Assembly: GCA_943354835.1 (NCBI GenBank)
Contig: CALRDH010000002.1
Coordinates: 106,270 to 170,269, forward strand
Direction of reading: 5' to 3'
Origin: a candidate division WWE3 bacterium
GTDB lineage: Bacteria > Patescibacteriota > WWE3 > 2-01-FULL-39-13
DNA: 64,000 nucleotides
The translations under genes and the position numbers were made by a program. Shown here one piece after another: positions 18,874-27,192 of this stretch; positions within the stretch are counted from its first letter, which is position 1, and each line of letters starts with the position of its first letter. A model generated the notes under the pieces. It ran no database searches. It was given only the letters and a program-made list of their open reading frames with translations, and was not told the origin of the DNA.

Positions 18874-19290
18874 TTAGGAGAATGGGTTTATAACTTCAAT
18901 TTCCTTAAATTTTAGAAAATCTTTTGGGTTGTTTGTGTAAATTGTCGAAACGCAGTAATCAATCATGTGTGCTACAAGGTTTGCATCATAAATTCCATAT
19001 GACTTTACTTTATATTTGTTGATTAAGGTTTCAAGTACATCAATGGTGGATGATCTTGTTGTAAGAACTTTGAATTGTTCTTTTAGTTTATTTATTTCTT
19101 TCCATGCAGTTTGAGGAGTAAATGTGTTCGTGTAAATCTCGAATGATGTTATAACTCTAAATGTTTCGATTATGTTTTGATTTGTAATACAAGCATTTGG
19201 CATATCGATGAGCTCACGGGATTTTTTGTAATATTTCGATTTATCGTCAAATGCATAAATCAGGATGTTGCTATCAAATAATTTCATCAT
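18874..19290 (-). CDS. PIN-domain toxin (VapC-like)
   Basis: Starts FDSNILIYAFD; 138 aa; overlaps the upstream RHH gene by 17 nt. Confidence 0.65.
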   Translation of the reverse strand: MMKLFDSNILIYAFDDKSKYYKKSRELIDMPNACITNQNIIETFRVITSFEIYTNTFTPQTAWKEINKLKEQFKVLTTRSSTIDVLETLINKYKVKSYGIYDANLVAHMIDYCVSTIYTNNPKDFLKFKEIEVINPFS

Positions 19291-19513
19291 CTTTTGTGTA
19301 ATAGAGTGCCCTTGTAAGTTCTTTAACTTTCATGCCCATGTTCTTTGACTTTAAAATTTTACTTAATGGCGGTTTCTTTTCAGTTGTTATTGTATATTCC
19401 CTTAATGCTAGATTGACAATTTCCTGTAAAGAAACGCCTTCTCTTACAGCCATTGCTTCAGAAGCTTTCTTAATATCTTTGTCGATTCTTAAAGTGGTTT
19501 TTATTTTTTCCAT
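19274..19513 (-). CDS. Ribbon-helix-helix antitoxin (VapB/CopG-like)
   Basis: KTTLRIDKDIKKASEAMAVREGVSLQEIVNLALREY is an RHH fold; start trimmed to MEKIKTT. Confidence 0.55.
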   Translation of the reverse strand: MEKIKTTLRIDKDIKKASEAMAVREGVSLQEIVNLALREYTITTEKKPPLSKILKSKNMGMKVKELTRALYYTKDDEII

Positions 19514-19575
19514 ACCTAAAGTTTGCCATACTGCCATACAAGAAGTCAACGAGAAATTCATATATACTATTCAAT

Positions 19576-20277
19576 ATGGAAATTCGCTTAGATTCGTTTA
19601 TGTCTAAATATGGTGTTTGTTCACGTCGTAAGGCAAAGGTTTTGGTCGAGGCTGGAAATGTTTTTGTTAATGGCCAGATTACAAAAGAAATTATTAAAAT
19701 TGATGAAGGTAAAGACGTTGTTATTGTGAATCGTCAAAGGATTGATATTTCAAGTTTAAAATATAGATATATAGCTTTGAATAAGCCTGTTAATATTTTA
19801 AGTACTACAAAAGATGATCGCGGTAGAAAATCGGTTTTAGATTTGGTAAGGGTTCCTGAAAAGGTTTATCCGATCGGAAGGCTTGATTTTAATTCTTCGG
19901 GACTAATTATATTAACAAATGATGGCGACTTTGCTTTAAAAATGACGCATCCAAGATATCATGTTCCTAAAAAATATATTGTTAATGTTTTAGAAAATTT
20001 AACTAAACATCAGCTTGATACATTAAAAAGAGGCGTAAATATCTATGATACAAAAACATTGCCTTGTGAAGTTGAAAAACTTGATAGTAGAACATTTGGA
20101 ATAATTCTTCATCAAGGTATAAAAAGACAAATAAGGGAAATGTGCAGAGCCGTTAATTTAACAGTCAACGCGCTCGAAAGAATATCAATTGGATCTCTAA
20201 CACTTGGAAACCTAAAGCTGGGAGAATACAGAGACCTAACAAAAGAAGAAGTACAAATGCTAAAGGACTTATTTTAA
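19576..20277 (+). CDS. Pseudouridine synthase, RsuA/RluB family
   Basis: S4 domain followed by catalytic GRLDFNSSGLIILTNDGD. Confidence 0.9.
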   Translation: MEIRLDSFMSKYGVCSRRKAKVLVEAGNVFVNGQITKEIIKIDEGKDVVIVNRQRIDISSLKYRYIALNKPVNILSTTKDDRGRKSVLDLVRVPEKVYPIGRLDFNSSGLIILTNDGDFALKMTHPRYHVPKKYIVNVLENLTKHQLDTLKRGVNIYDTKTLPCEVEKLDSRTFGIILHQGIKRQIREMCRAVNLTVNALERISIGSLTLGNLKLGEYRDLTKEEVQMLKDLF

Positions 20278-20353
20278 TGGTGGTGAGGGTGAGACTCGAA
20301 CTCACATAGCCGGTTTTTCAGACCGGTGCCTTGACCATCTTGGCTACCTCACC
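20278..20353 (-). tRNA. tRNA-Phe(GAA)
   Basis: 76 nt; acceptor GGTGAGG/CCTCACC; anticodon loop CTGAAAA; CCA encoded. Confidence 0.7.
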
Positions 20354-20429
20354 GAAATTTTTTGCAAACTAAATGGTGCACACTTCGTGTACCCCAAATT
20401 CTAACTTTTCGCGTTGCTCAAAGAGAATT

Positions 20430-20505
20430 TGGTGCACCTGGTAGGATTCGGACCTACGACCTACCGCTTAGAAGGCGGTCGCTCTATCCCCTGAGCTACA
20501 GGTGC
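20430..20505 (-). tRNA. tRNA-Arg(TCT)
   Basis: 76 nt; acceptor GCACCTG/CAGGTGC; D-loop AGCTCAGGGGATAGAGC; anticodon loop CTTCTAA. Confidence 0.8.
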
Positions 20506-20545
20506 GTAATTTCTTCTGCTTAATTCTATATGATAGGCATAACAC

Positions 20546-20564
20546 TTATCAAGCACTGATAAAT
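20546..20564. repeat. Direct repeat (left copy) flanking Fic cassette
   Basis: ttatcaagcactgataaat; 18/19 identical to 21536..21554; both copies overlap a stop codon and encode the C-terminal residues FISA. Confidence 0.8.
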
Positions 20565-21436
20565 GGAACACCAATCTTCCATATGCCTTTTTCTAAAAAT
20601 GCTTCAATAGTTTGTCTTGTAGCCTTATTTATAAGATTTGAATGGGAAATTTTATTTATCCTAGAGTATTCAGCTAGTGTAATAATCTTCTTGTTTTCTA
20701 GATAGGCCAAGCGCTTATGGTAGCTGATAGTAAGGGCTTTTGCAACGATTTCATTCATAATCTCCGTTTTGCCATTTTTATCAAACTCGTTAAATGCTTC
20801 ATAATATTTATTACGGTCGATATACTTAATATTAATAGGGACAAAACCTTCTCTTATAAGTATGTAGTTATTCAGTACCCGACCAATACGACCATTGCCA
20901 TCAATAAATGGATGTATATATTCAAACGTTAAATGTAGCTTTGCTATGCGATTTATAATATTTAAATGATTATTAGAATTGTGTTCTACAATCATATTTT
21001 GCAATCTTTCATGAATTTCTTGTGGTGGAGGTGCGATGTGACTACCAACGCGAACAAACTCTTTGTCCTTTCTAAATCGTCCCGCAATATCATCTCTAAT
21101 GTTAGCAATAAGCATTTGATGAAGTGATAAGATAATATCCAATGTTAACTCCTGCTCTTTTGCTTTTGTATTGATATATGAAACAACTCGCGCAAGATTT
21201 TTTGCTTCAAAAATTTCTCGTTCACTTATAAATCTATCAAGGTCGATTTGCAGCAAAATCTTTTCTGTTTCTTCAAGTGTAAGTGTGCTGTTTTCGATTG
21301 CATTTGAGTTAAAAACCTGTTCGGCGACTTCTGCTTCACTTATTAGGTTAATCAAAGATTCCTTCCCAATAGAAGATTTATAATATCTATCACGGAGAAT
21401 GTTTATTTTGTTGTATGCAGCAAGTATTTTTGCCAT
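20549..21436 (-). CDS. Fic family protein (class II, N-terminal inhibitory motif)
   Basis: Fic motif HPFIDGNGRIGR; inhibitory motif SNAIEN; flanked by 19-bp direct repeats. Confidence 0.9.
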   Translation of the reverse strand: MAKILAAYNKINILRDRYYKSSIGKESLINLISEAEVAEQVFNSNAIENSTLTLEETEKILLQIDLDRFISEREIFEAKNLARVVSYINTKAKEQELTLDIILSLHQMLIANIRDDIAGRFRKDKEFVRVGSHIAPPPQEIHERLQNMIVEHNSNNHLNIINRIAKLHLTFEYIHPFIDGNGRIGRVLNNYILIREGFVPINIKYIDRNKYYEAFNEFDKNGKTEIMNEIVAKALTISYHKRLAYLENKKIITLAEYSRINKISHSNLINKATRQTIEAFLEKGIWKIGVPFISA

Positions 21437-21443
21437 ATATTAA

Positions 21444-21522
21444 TTGTAGGGTTTTTCACGCTTTTGTCAACACAATCGTGAAAACATATCATAAAAGCGG
21501 GCTTTTTCACGTTTTTGGTTGC
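21444..21522. promoter_or_regulatory. Two tandem palindromic operator-like sites TTCACG-N16-CGTGAA upstream of Fic
   Basis: Site 1 21444..21471, site 2 21495..21522; identical half-sites and spacing; 8-85 bp upstream of the Fic start codon. Confidence 0.6.
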
Positions 21523-21535
21523 AATATCGTGAAGG

Positions 21536-21554
21536 TTGTCAAGCACTGATAAAT
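21536..21554. repeat. Direct repeat (right copy) flanking Fic cassette
   Basis: ttgtcaagcactgataaat; overlaps the stop of membrane gene 21539..22504. Confidence 0.8.
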
Positions 21555-22504
21555 TTCTTGTTTATGTTTATTGAGGTGTATCCAAGTCCTATAAATATGA
21601 ATCCGAGTATTACTAATGACAATGGCCATCCTATGGAATCAGCAAAATATTCACCTGTTACGTAAGAAATGAATGCTAAGAGGGCTAAAGTACTTACTAC
21701 AAGTATTGTTTTGCTTCGTAAATAGACAGACAGATAAACTCCCGATAAAGCTAAGAATGGATATAGGATTTCCCAAAGTGTTGAATCGTATATTAATTCA
21801 AATGTAGTTGTGAATATTATAAATGTTGAAGCAAAGTATAAAGGTCTAGTTAATATACTGTTCCAAGTATTTCTAAATGATTGTCCAAGGATTAGGTAGC
21901 TTATACCAATTATTATTGCGATATATGAAAACTGTGTGTCAGTAAATGGAGCTACCTCGTTTACAGACATGATTATCGCGCCAATAGTCGCTGTCATGTT
22001 TGCTATTGTGAATAGTGTTAATACTGGTGTTTTATGTATTAAGTTTAAAAGAACATAAAGCATGGAAATTATTGAAAATATTATTGCAATATGAATTGGT
22101 TTTGGGTCGAAAGACGCAATTTCCATAAGCGTCACCATTGCTCCACCTGGAATTAAAACTCCACCTAATGCATGAAAGACGCTTCCTAGCATGTCATCTT
22201 GCTTGTCTTTAATAATAATTGATCCAAGAAATGTTAGTAAAAAGCCGACTCCTAGTGTTACTAATATGTGTCCGAATGAACCAAGATCTTCCCAAATTTG
22301 AGCCACAAAAATTACTATTCCAATTATTACAATTGCAGCACCTAAAAAGTAAAACATTTTTGTAACCGAAAACTTGAAAATGCTTTGTTTTAGTTCAGCT
22401 TTTAAAAGGCTAGATAAATCTTCTTTTGAGATCTCCCCCATTCGCATTTTAATTGATAATTCTTGAAGCAAATCTTGTTTTGTCATTTTTATTTTGAAAT
22501 CCAA
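21539..22504 (-). CDS. Polytopic membrane protein (hypothetical)
   Basis: Soluble N-terminal helix then about 8 TM segments. Confidence 0.45.
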   Translation of the reverse strand: MDFKIKMTKQDLLQELSIKMRMGEISKEDLSSLLKAELKQSIFKFSVTKMFYFLGAAIVIIGIVIFVAQIWEDLGSFGHILVTLGVGFLLTFLGSIIIKDKQDDMLGSVFHALGGVLIPGGAMVTLMEIASFDPKPIHIAIIFSIISMLYVLLNLIHKTPVLTLFTIANMTATIGAIIMSVNEVAPFTDTQFSYIAIIIGISYLILGQSFRNTWNSILTRPLYFASTFIIFTTTFELIYDSTLWEILYPFLALSGVYLSVYLRSKTILVVSTLALLAFISYVTGEYFADSIGWPLSLVILGFIFIGLGYTSININKKFISA

Positions 22505-22947
22505 CCGCGAAAATTAATTTTTGAATAATATGGATAAGATGCATCTTCAGATCCTGTTAAGTCAATATGTCTTCTAGAATCATTTTTCTGAAGAAAATAA
22601 GTGTAATCAGATCCTCTTGATCCCCCAAAAAACATATTGTTGGATGTGTATTTCCTTGTAAAAGTTATACCATCTGGAGAAGTTGTGTCAGAATCGATAA
22701 TTTTATAATTATTAATTTCTATTGGACCAAGTTCCCTATTCTGATTCGTTTTAGTATCATGTAAATAAAATCTTACTAACTCGGCTTTAGAATCTTTCGG
22801 AGATTTGCTTGAAACCTCATAAATAAAATTGTAATCAGTTGAAATAAAAAGGCTTGGAATATAAACATAAAGCCAAAAACCTATAATGGCTAAGATTGGT
22901 AGCGAAAAAGCTAAAATAACAGAAAAATTCTGCTTTAAAAACTTCAT
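22489..22947 (-). CDS. Membrane-anchored hypothetical protein
   Basis: N-terminal TM; 16-nt overlap with the downstream gene. Confidence 0.4.
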   Translation of the reverse strand: MKFLKQNFSVILAFSLPILAIIGFWLYVYIPSLFISTDYNFIYEVSSKSPKDSKAELVRFYLHDTKTNQNRELGPIEINNYKIIDSDTTSPDGITFTRKYTSNNMFFGGSRGSDYTYFLQKNDSRRHIDLTGSEDASYPYYSKINFRGWISK

Positions 22948-23016
22948 AGTGAAATAATAACACGTGAAGGCAAACTAAGATTAGAAATTGACAAGAATTA
23001 AGTCTAAAATAAGTAC

Positions 23017-24012
23017 ATGCAAAATAATTCGCAGATTATTATTTACCATACTAAAGAAGGTGAAACAAAAATTGATGTGCGATTTGATGGTGATACAGTT
23101 TGGCTGACACAAAAAATGATGGCTGAGCTTTTCGGTAAAGATAGAAAAACAATTACAGAGCATATTGGAAATATCTTTAAGGAAGGAGAACTGACGGAAA
23201 ATTTAGTATGCCGGAGATTCCAGCATACTGCCTTGGACAAGAAGAAATATAATGTTATTTTTTATAATCTTGATGTTGTCTTAGCGGTTGGCTACAGAGT
23301 AAAATCCCCGCAAGGAATGAAGTTTCGTCAGTGGGCAACAGAAAGATTAAAAGAATATCTGATCAACGGATTTTCACTCAATGAGGAAAAATTAAAATCA
23401 GGAAGGTCCATGGAATATTTCGATAAACTTCAAGCGAAGCTTCGGGAAATACGCCTTTCTGAAAGGATCTTTTATCAAAAGATAAAAGATATTTATACAA
23501 CAAGCATAGATTATGATGCAAAAGATAATAAGACGATTGAATTTTTTAAAGTGGTGCAAAACAAGCTACTTTGGGCAATAAGTAAAAAAACAGCTGCAGA
23601 ATTAGCGCATCGAAGGTCAGATCATAAACTTCCATATTTGGGTATGCAGTCTTTCGATAAAAATGATGAAAAGGCTATAACAAAAAAAGATGTGAGTATT
23701 GCCAAAAATTATCTCAATGAAAAAGAAATAAAAATGCTTGGACTACTCGTTGAACAGTATTTAGCATTTGCGGAAACCATGGCAGAAGAGCAAAAAACAA
23801 TGAAAATGTCCGATTGGATAAAACGGCTGGATGTGATTTTACAGATGAGTGGTAAAGAAATCTTAAAGCATGCTGGGAAAATATCTCATGAGCTAGCAAT
23901 AGCAAAATCAGAAAAGGAATACGAGAAATTCATACATAAACAAAAAAAACTAGAGCGAGAAGAAAGCATAAAAGAGCTTGAAGCTGATATGAAGGCTTTG
24001 AGAAGCGATTAG
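23017..24012 (+). CDS. RhuM-family virulence/genomic-island protein
   Basis: N-terminal DVRFDGDTVWLTQKMMAELFGK...NLDVVLAVGYRVKSPQGMKFRQWATERLKEYLINGF typical of the RhuM family. Confidence 0.7.
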   Translation: MQNNSQIIIYHTKEGETKIDVRFDGDTVWLTQKMMAELFGKDRKTITEHIGNIFKEGELTENLVCRRFQHTALDKKKYNVIFYNLDVVLAVGYRVKSPQGMKFRQWATERLKEYLINGFSLNEEKLKSGRSMEYFDKLQAKLREIRLSERIFYQKIKDIYTTSIDYDAKDNKTIEFFKVVQNKLLWAISKKTAAELAHRRSDHKLPYLGMQSFDKNDEKAITKKDVSIAKNYLNEKEIKMLGLLVEQYLAFAETMAEEQKTMKMSDWIKRLDVILQMSGKEILKHAGKISHELAIAKSEKEYEKFIHKQKKLEREESIKELEADMKALRSD

Positions 24013-24135
24013 TTATTTTATTTTCTGGTGCACCATCTGGGACGATGTTCGAACCTATCTGACCTCAACAATTGATCCCAAGGAGAAGTCTGCTCTCATT
24101 GTTGCCATTTCCTATTTCCGAAAGGAGGAACAACA

Positions 24136-24606
24136 ATGAACTGGTTCAAATGCCTTACATCTCGCCCAAAAATAGCACCCTCTATATTATATGACGAGAA
24201 TACCTTTTATCAAGCCTTCTTTAAGGACTTAGAATCCTCTCGAAAGGAGGTGATAATCGAATCTCCCTTTATAACTAGTTTAAGAATGCAGAAATTTTAT
24301 CCAGCATTTCAAAAAATGCTGGATCGTAGAACTAAAGTTCTTATTATTACAAGAGATCCATCGGATCTAGATCCAAATATAAGAGATTTTGCTACAAATG
24401 AGATTATGCAAATGTCAGAAATGGGAGTAAGTGTTACACTACTCAAAGGCAATCATCACCGAAAACTTGCTATCATAGATAGAAAAATAACATGGGAAGG
24501 AAGCTTGAATATTCTTTCCCAAAATAATAGTATGGAAATTATGAGAAGAATCGAAGATAATAAGACAGCCCAAGATGTAATAAGGTTTTTAAAGTTAAAA
24601 GTATAA
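24136..24606 (+). CDS. PLD-family (HKD) nuclease, Nuc-like single-HKD protein
   Basis: HKD motif HHRKLAIIDRKITWEGSLN (HxKx4Dx6GSxN); strong RBS AAGGAGG. Confidence 0.75.
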   Translation: MNWFKCLTSRPKIAPSILYDENTFYQAFFKDLESSRKEVIIESPFITSLRMQKFYPAFQKMLDRRTKVLIITRDPSDLDPNIRDFATNEIMQMSEMGVSVTLLKGNHHRKLAIIDRKITWEGSLNILSQNNSMEIMRRIEDNKTAQDVIRFLKLKV

Positions 24607-24652
24607 AATTAGTTTAGTGTTATATAATTAAATTTGTTGAAAGGAAAAAACC

Positions 24653-24883
24653 ATGAACAATAATGATCAAGTAATAAAAAAGACAGAATTAGTAATTGAC
24701 GCTCTTTCGTATGCTCATAAAAATCAATTGGATATCAATAACGAGGATGATGTAAAAGTAATTCTTAAAGCCGTTGATCCAGAACAGGCGGATAACACGG
24801 ATGTCGTGGAATTTATGGGACTACTCAAAGCCGCTAACACTTTAATGAAGGAAGATGCCAAACGTAGAAAGAGCATGAATTAA
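24653..24883 (+). CDS. Small hypothetical protein
   Basis: ORF with RBS GGAAAAAACC upstream; no recognisable motif. Confidence 0.3.
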   Translation: MNNNDQVIKKTELVIDALSYAHKNQLDINNEDDVKVILKAVDPEQADNTDVVEFMGLLKAANTLMKEDAKRRKSMN

Positions 24884-25033
24884 AGTCCTTTCTCAAATGC
24901 TGAGAGTAGCTAAAATGCACAGAGTATATGGAAGATTAATCGTGGGAGCAAAAAAAATATGTGTCAGATCGGAGGAAAACAGCCAAAGAGATCTTTGAGC
25001 TTTGCCAGTTAAATAAAATCTTCTAAATATAAT

Positions 25034-25621
25034 ATGAATAGCCGTGAGGAATTGCAAAGCTATGTCCCAGCAGAACAAAGTGAACCTTTGGTATTAAGGG
25101 ATGATTTGATGGATGTTGTAGGCAGATTGGGTCAAGTATTACCTCGTGAAGTTATCTGGCAACTTTTCTCCAGTAGCCCTAGTGAAACGGGCGGTAAAGT
25201 TGTTTTCCCATATTTTCGAGTAGATAGCTCTCTGACTATTATCCAAACTTATCATCATATGTTAAGCGATCCAGAATTTCGTAAAAAACTTACTCCAGAA
25301 AAAATAGATAAATATTATGAGTTGGCAAGTAAACAGGCTTTAGAAGCTATTACATGGGTTGAGGTCGGGTTCGAAGGATTAGAAAACCTAGCTCATAGTT
25401 CGGCGTCAAGAAACTGGACCTCTGGTGTTGGTCACTTTGTGACTGATGAAGAGAGGGCGCAAGGCATTATTACTAATGGCAAAAATTTATATTTAAAAAA
25501 TTTAGGATTATTTGTGGAATATCGTGACAAGCAGGGTATAACTGACGATTGCTTTACAGAGTATGGACTTGAGCATTTATTGAATGGGTTTAGGACTGTT
25601 GAAACTCTTCATGGAAGGTAG
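25034..25621 (+). CDS. Hypothetical protein
   Basis: 195-aa ORF, no recognisable motif; GC appears slightly higher than surroundings by eye. Confidence 0.35.
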   Translation: MNSREELQSYVPAEQSEPLVLRDDLMDVVGRLGQVLPREVIWQLFSSSPSETGGKVVFPYFRVDSSLTIIQTYHHMLSDPEFRKKLTPEKIDKYYELASKQALEAITWVEVGFEGLENLAHSSASRNWTSGVGHFVTDEERAQGIITNGKNLYLKNLGLFVEYRDKQGITDDCFTEYGLEHLLNGFRTVETLHGR

Positions 25622-25628
25622 CTCTATT

Positions 25629-26417
25629 CTATTCAAAAAATAAGGTTTTATTTCCTGTTTGTCTTATTACTTCGTTGCCTTGAATTAGATACCAACTTAT
25701 CCGATTTTCATTCAAGTCACTCTTAAACGAGCCCAAATATGGAGTTCCTCCCATTTGATAAATTAAGTTAACAGTACTTTCAACAGGAAGAGTGTTTTCA
25801 TTGACAGTAAGAAAATTTTGCTTTGTTTCAAGGTTAATCTCACCAATATATAAATTCTCATTTATAACCGATACAGTGGTTAAAATATTGTCTGATTGGT
25901 ATAGGCGTTTCCACAAGTTTGGAGTTTCTGGATTTATGCTAATGAGTCTGTTATCCGCATAGTTTTGGGATTGTTTCGTAATACAAAGAATCTCAGAAGT
26001 AGATTTAATAAAAGCAGAATCACAGAACTCACCCAAGCTTTTATCGTTATAAAAAGTTTCTTTTCGATTGTAGACTACATTTTCATCGTAATAATCTAGT
26101 ATTACATCCTGAATTTCTTTAACCTTTTCCCTTGTTTCAAGATTATAAATTGTTGTTAATGGCTTGTTTCCTTGTACCAAAATAAAATATGGGTAGTGAA
26201 ATAGTATTTTGTCTGGGTATCCTTTAAATTCGTATGTATCGTTAAATACTTGTAGTTTAGAATTCTCGAGGAAAACTCCATTACTCTCAACCACAGGAGT
26301 GCTTTTTCTACTAAATAAATAGAAAAGACCTAAAAACAATACAAGAATTAAGATTACTCCAATTTGGAGTAATCTTCGTTGATTTGCATCAAGATTATTT
26401 AGTTTAATATCTTTCAT
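25629..26417 (-). CDS. Membrane-anchored hypothetical protein (possible T4SS accessory)
   Basis: N-terminal TM; last gene of the T4SS-like minus-strand operon. Confidence 0.4.
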   Translation of the reverse strand: MKDIKLNNLDANQRRLLQIGVILILVLFLGLFYLFSRKSTPVVESNGVFLENSKLQVFNDTYEFKGYPDKILFHYPYFILVQGNKPLTTIYNLETREKVKEIQDVILDYYDENVVYNRKETFYNDKSLGEFCDSAFIKSTSEILCITKQSQNYADNRLISINPETPNLWKRLYQSDNILTTVSVINENLYIGEINLETKQNFLTVNENTLPVESTVNLIYQMGGTPYLGSFKSDLNENRISWYLIQGNEVIRQTGNKTLFFE

Positions 26418-26421
26418 AGTT

Positions 26422-27186
26422 CTATTTTATATAACTTAACGGATTTACCAACTTCCATACATTACTATCCTTTATTTGTATCTCATAATGCAAATGTTCG
26501 CCTGTAGCAAAGCCAGTTCCACCCATTTCACCAAGTGGCGTTCCTGCTTGTATTTTACTACCGGAGTTAACATAAATATCTTTAAAATGAATATACTTTG
26601 TTTTTAGATCTCCACTATCGTTCATAATCTCAACCGTTTTTCCTCCTTCACCATCTACATAGGTTGATGACGTACCTGAATGTGTAGCGTGAATAATTAC
26701 CTTATTGTTTTCTTTATACGAATTGCTTTGTGCATAGTAGGTCGAATTTGGAATAATATCTATTCCTGTGTGGTTTTTACCAAATTGAAGAAAATAAGCA
26801 GGATCCATAAAACCAGCTGTAACAGATGTGTAAGACATGCCCGATCCTCCAAATGGATTTTGACTTGGTATCGTAGACTTAGCAAATTCCTCATTTATTC
26901 CGTTTAAATTATCTCCGACACTTGCAGCAACATACTTAAAAAATCCAGTTGGAGATAAAAATATTGTTGAAAATATTGCAATAAAAGTCACAAACAACAT
27001 TAAAGTCAACATCACAATTGAAGCGATAAACCCAAGAATTGGGCCTTTGAATTTAGCAACAACATCACCTGCAAGGGGTATGGGGATTATTAGATTAACT
27101 ACTATCTTGATAAGTGAATCAACAATGAATCCAAATGGATCATTTTTAGCATGTCGAATATTTTTCGCTACGCTTAATGCCTTCAT
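26422..27186 (-). CDS. M23-family metallopeptidase (peptidoglycan hydrolase) with N-terminal TM segments
   Basis: M23 motifs NHTGIDI and GEHLHYEI. Confidence 0.8.
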   Translation of the reverse strand: MKALSVAKNIRHAKNDPFGFIVDSLIKIVVNLIIPIPLAGDVVAKFKGPILGFIASIVMLTLMLFVTFIAIFSTIFLSPTGFFKYVAASVGDNLNGINEEFAKSTIPSQNPFGGSGMSYTSVTAGFMDPAYFLQFGKNHTGIDIIPNSTYYAQSNSYKENNKVIIHATHSGTSSTYVDGEGGKTVEIMNDSGDLKTKYIHFKDIYVNSGSKIQAGTPLGEMGGTGFATGEHLHYEIQIKDSNVWKLVNPLSYIK

Positions 27187-27192
27187 AAAATA

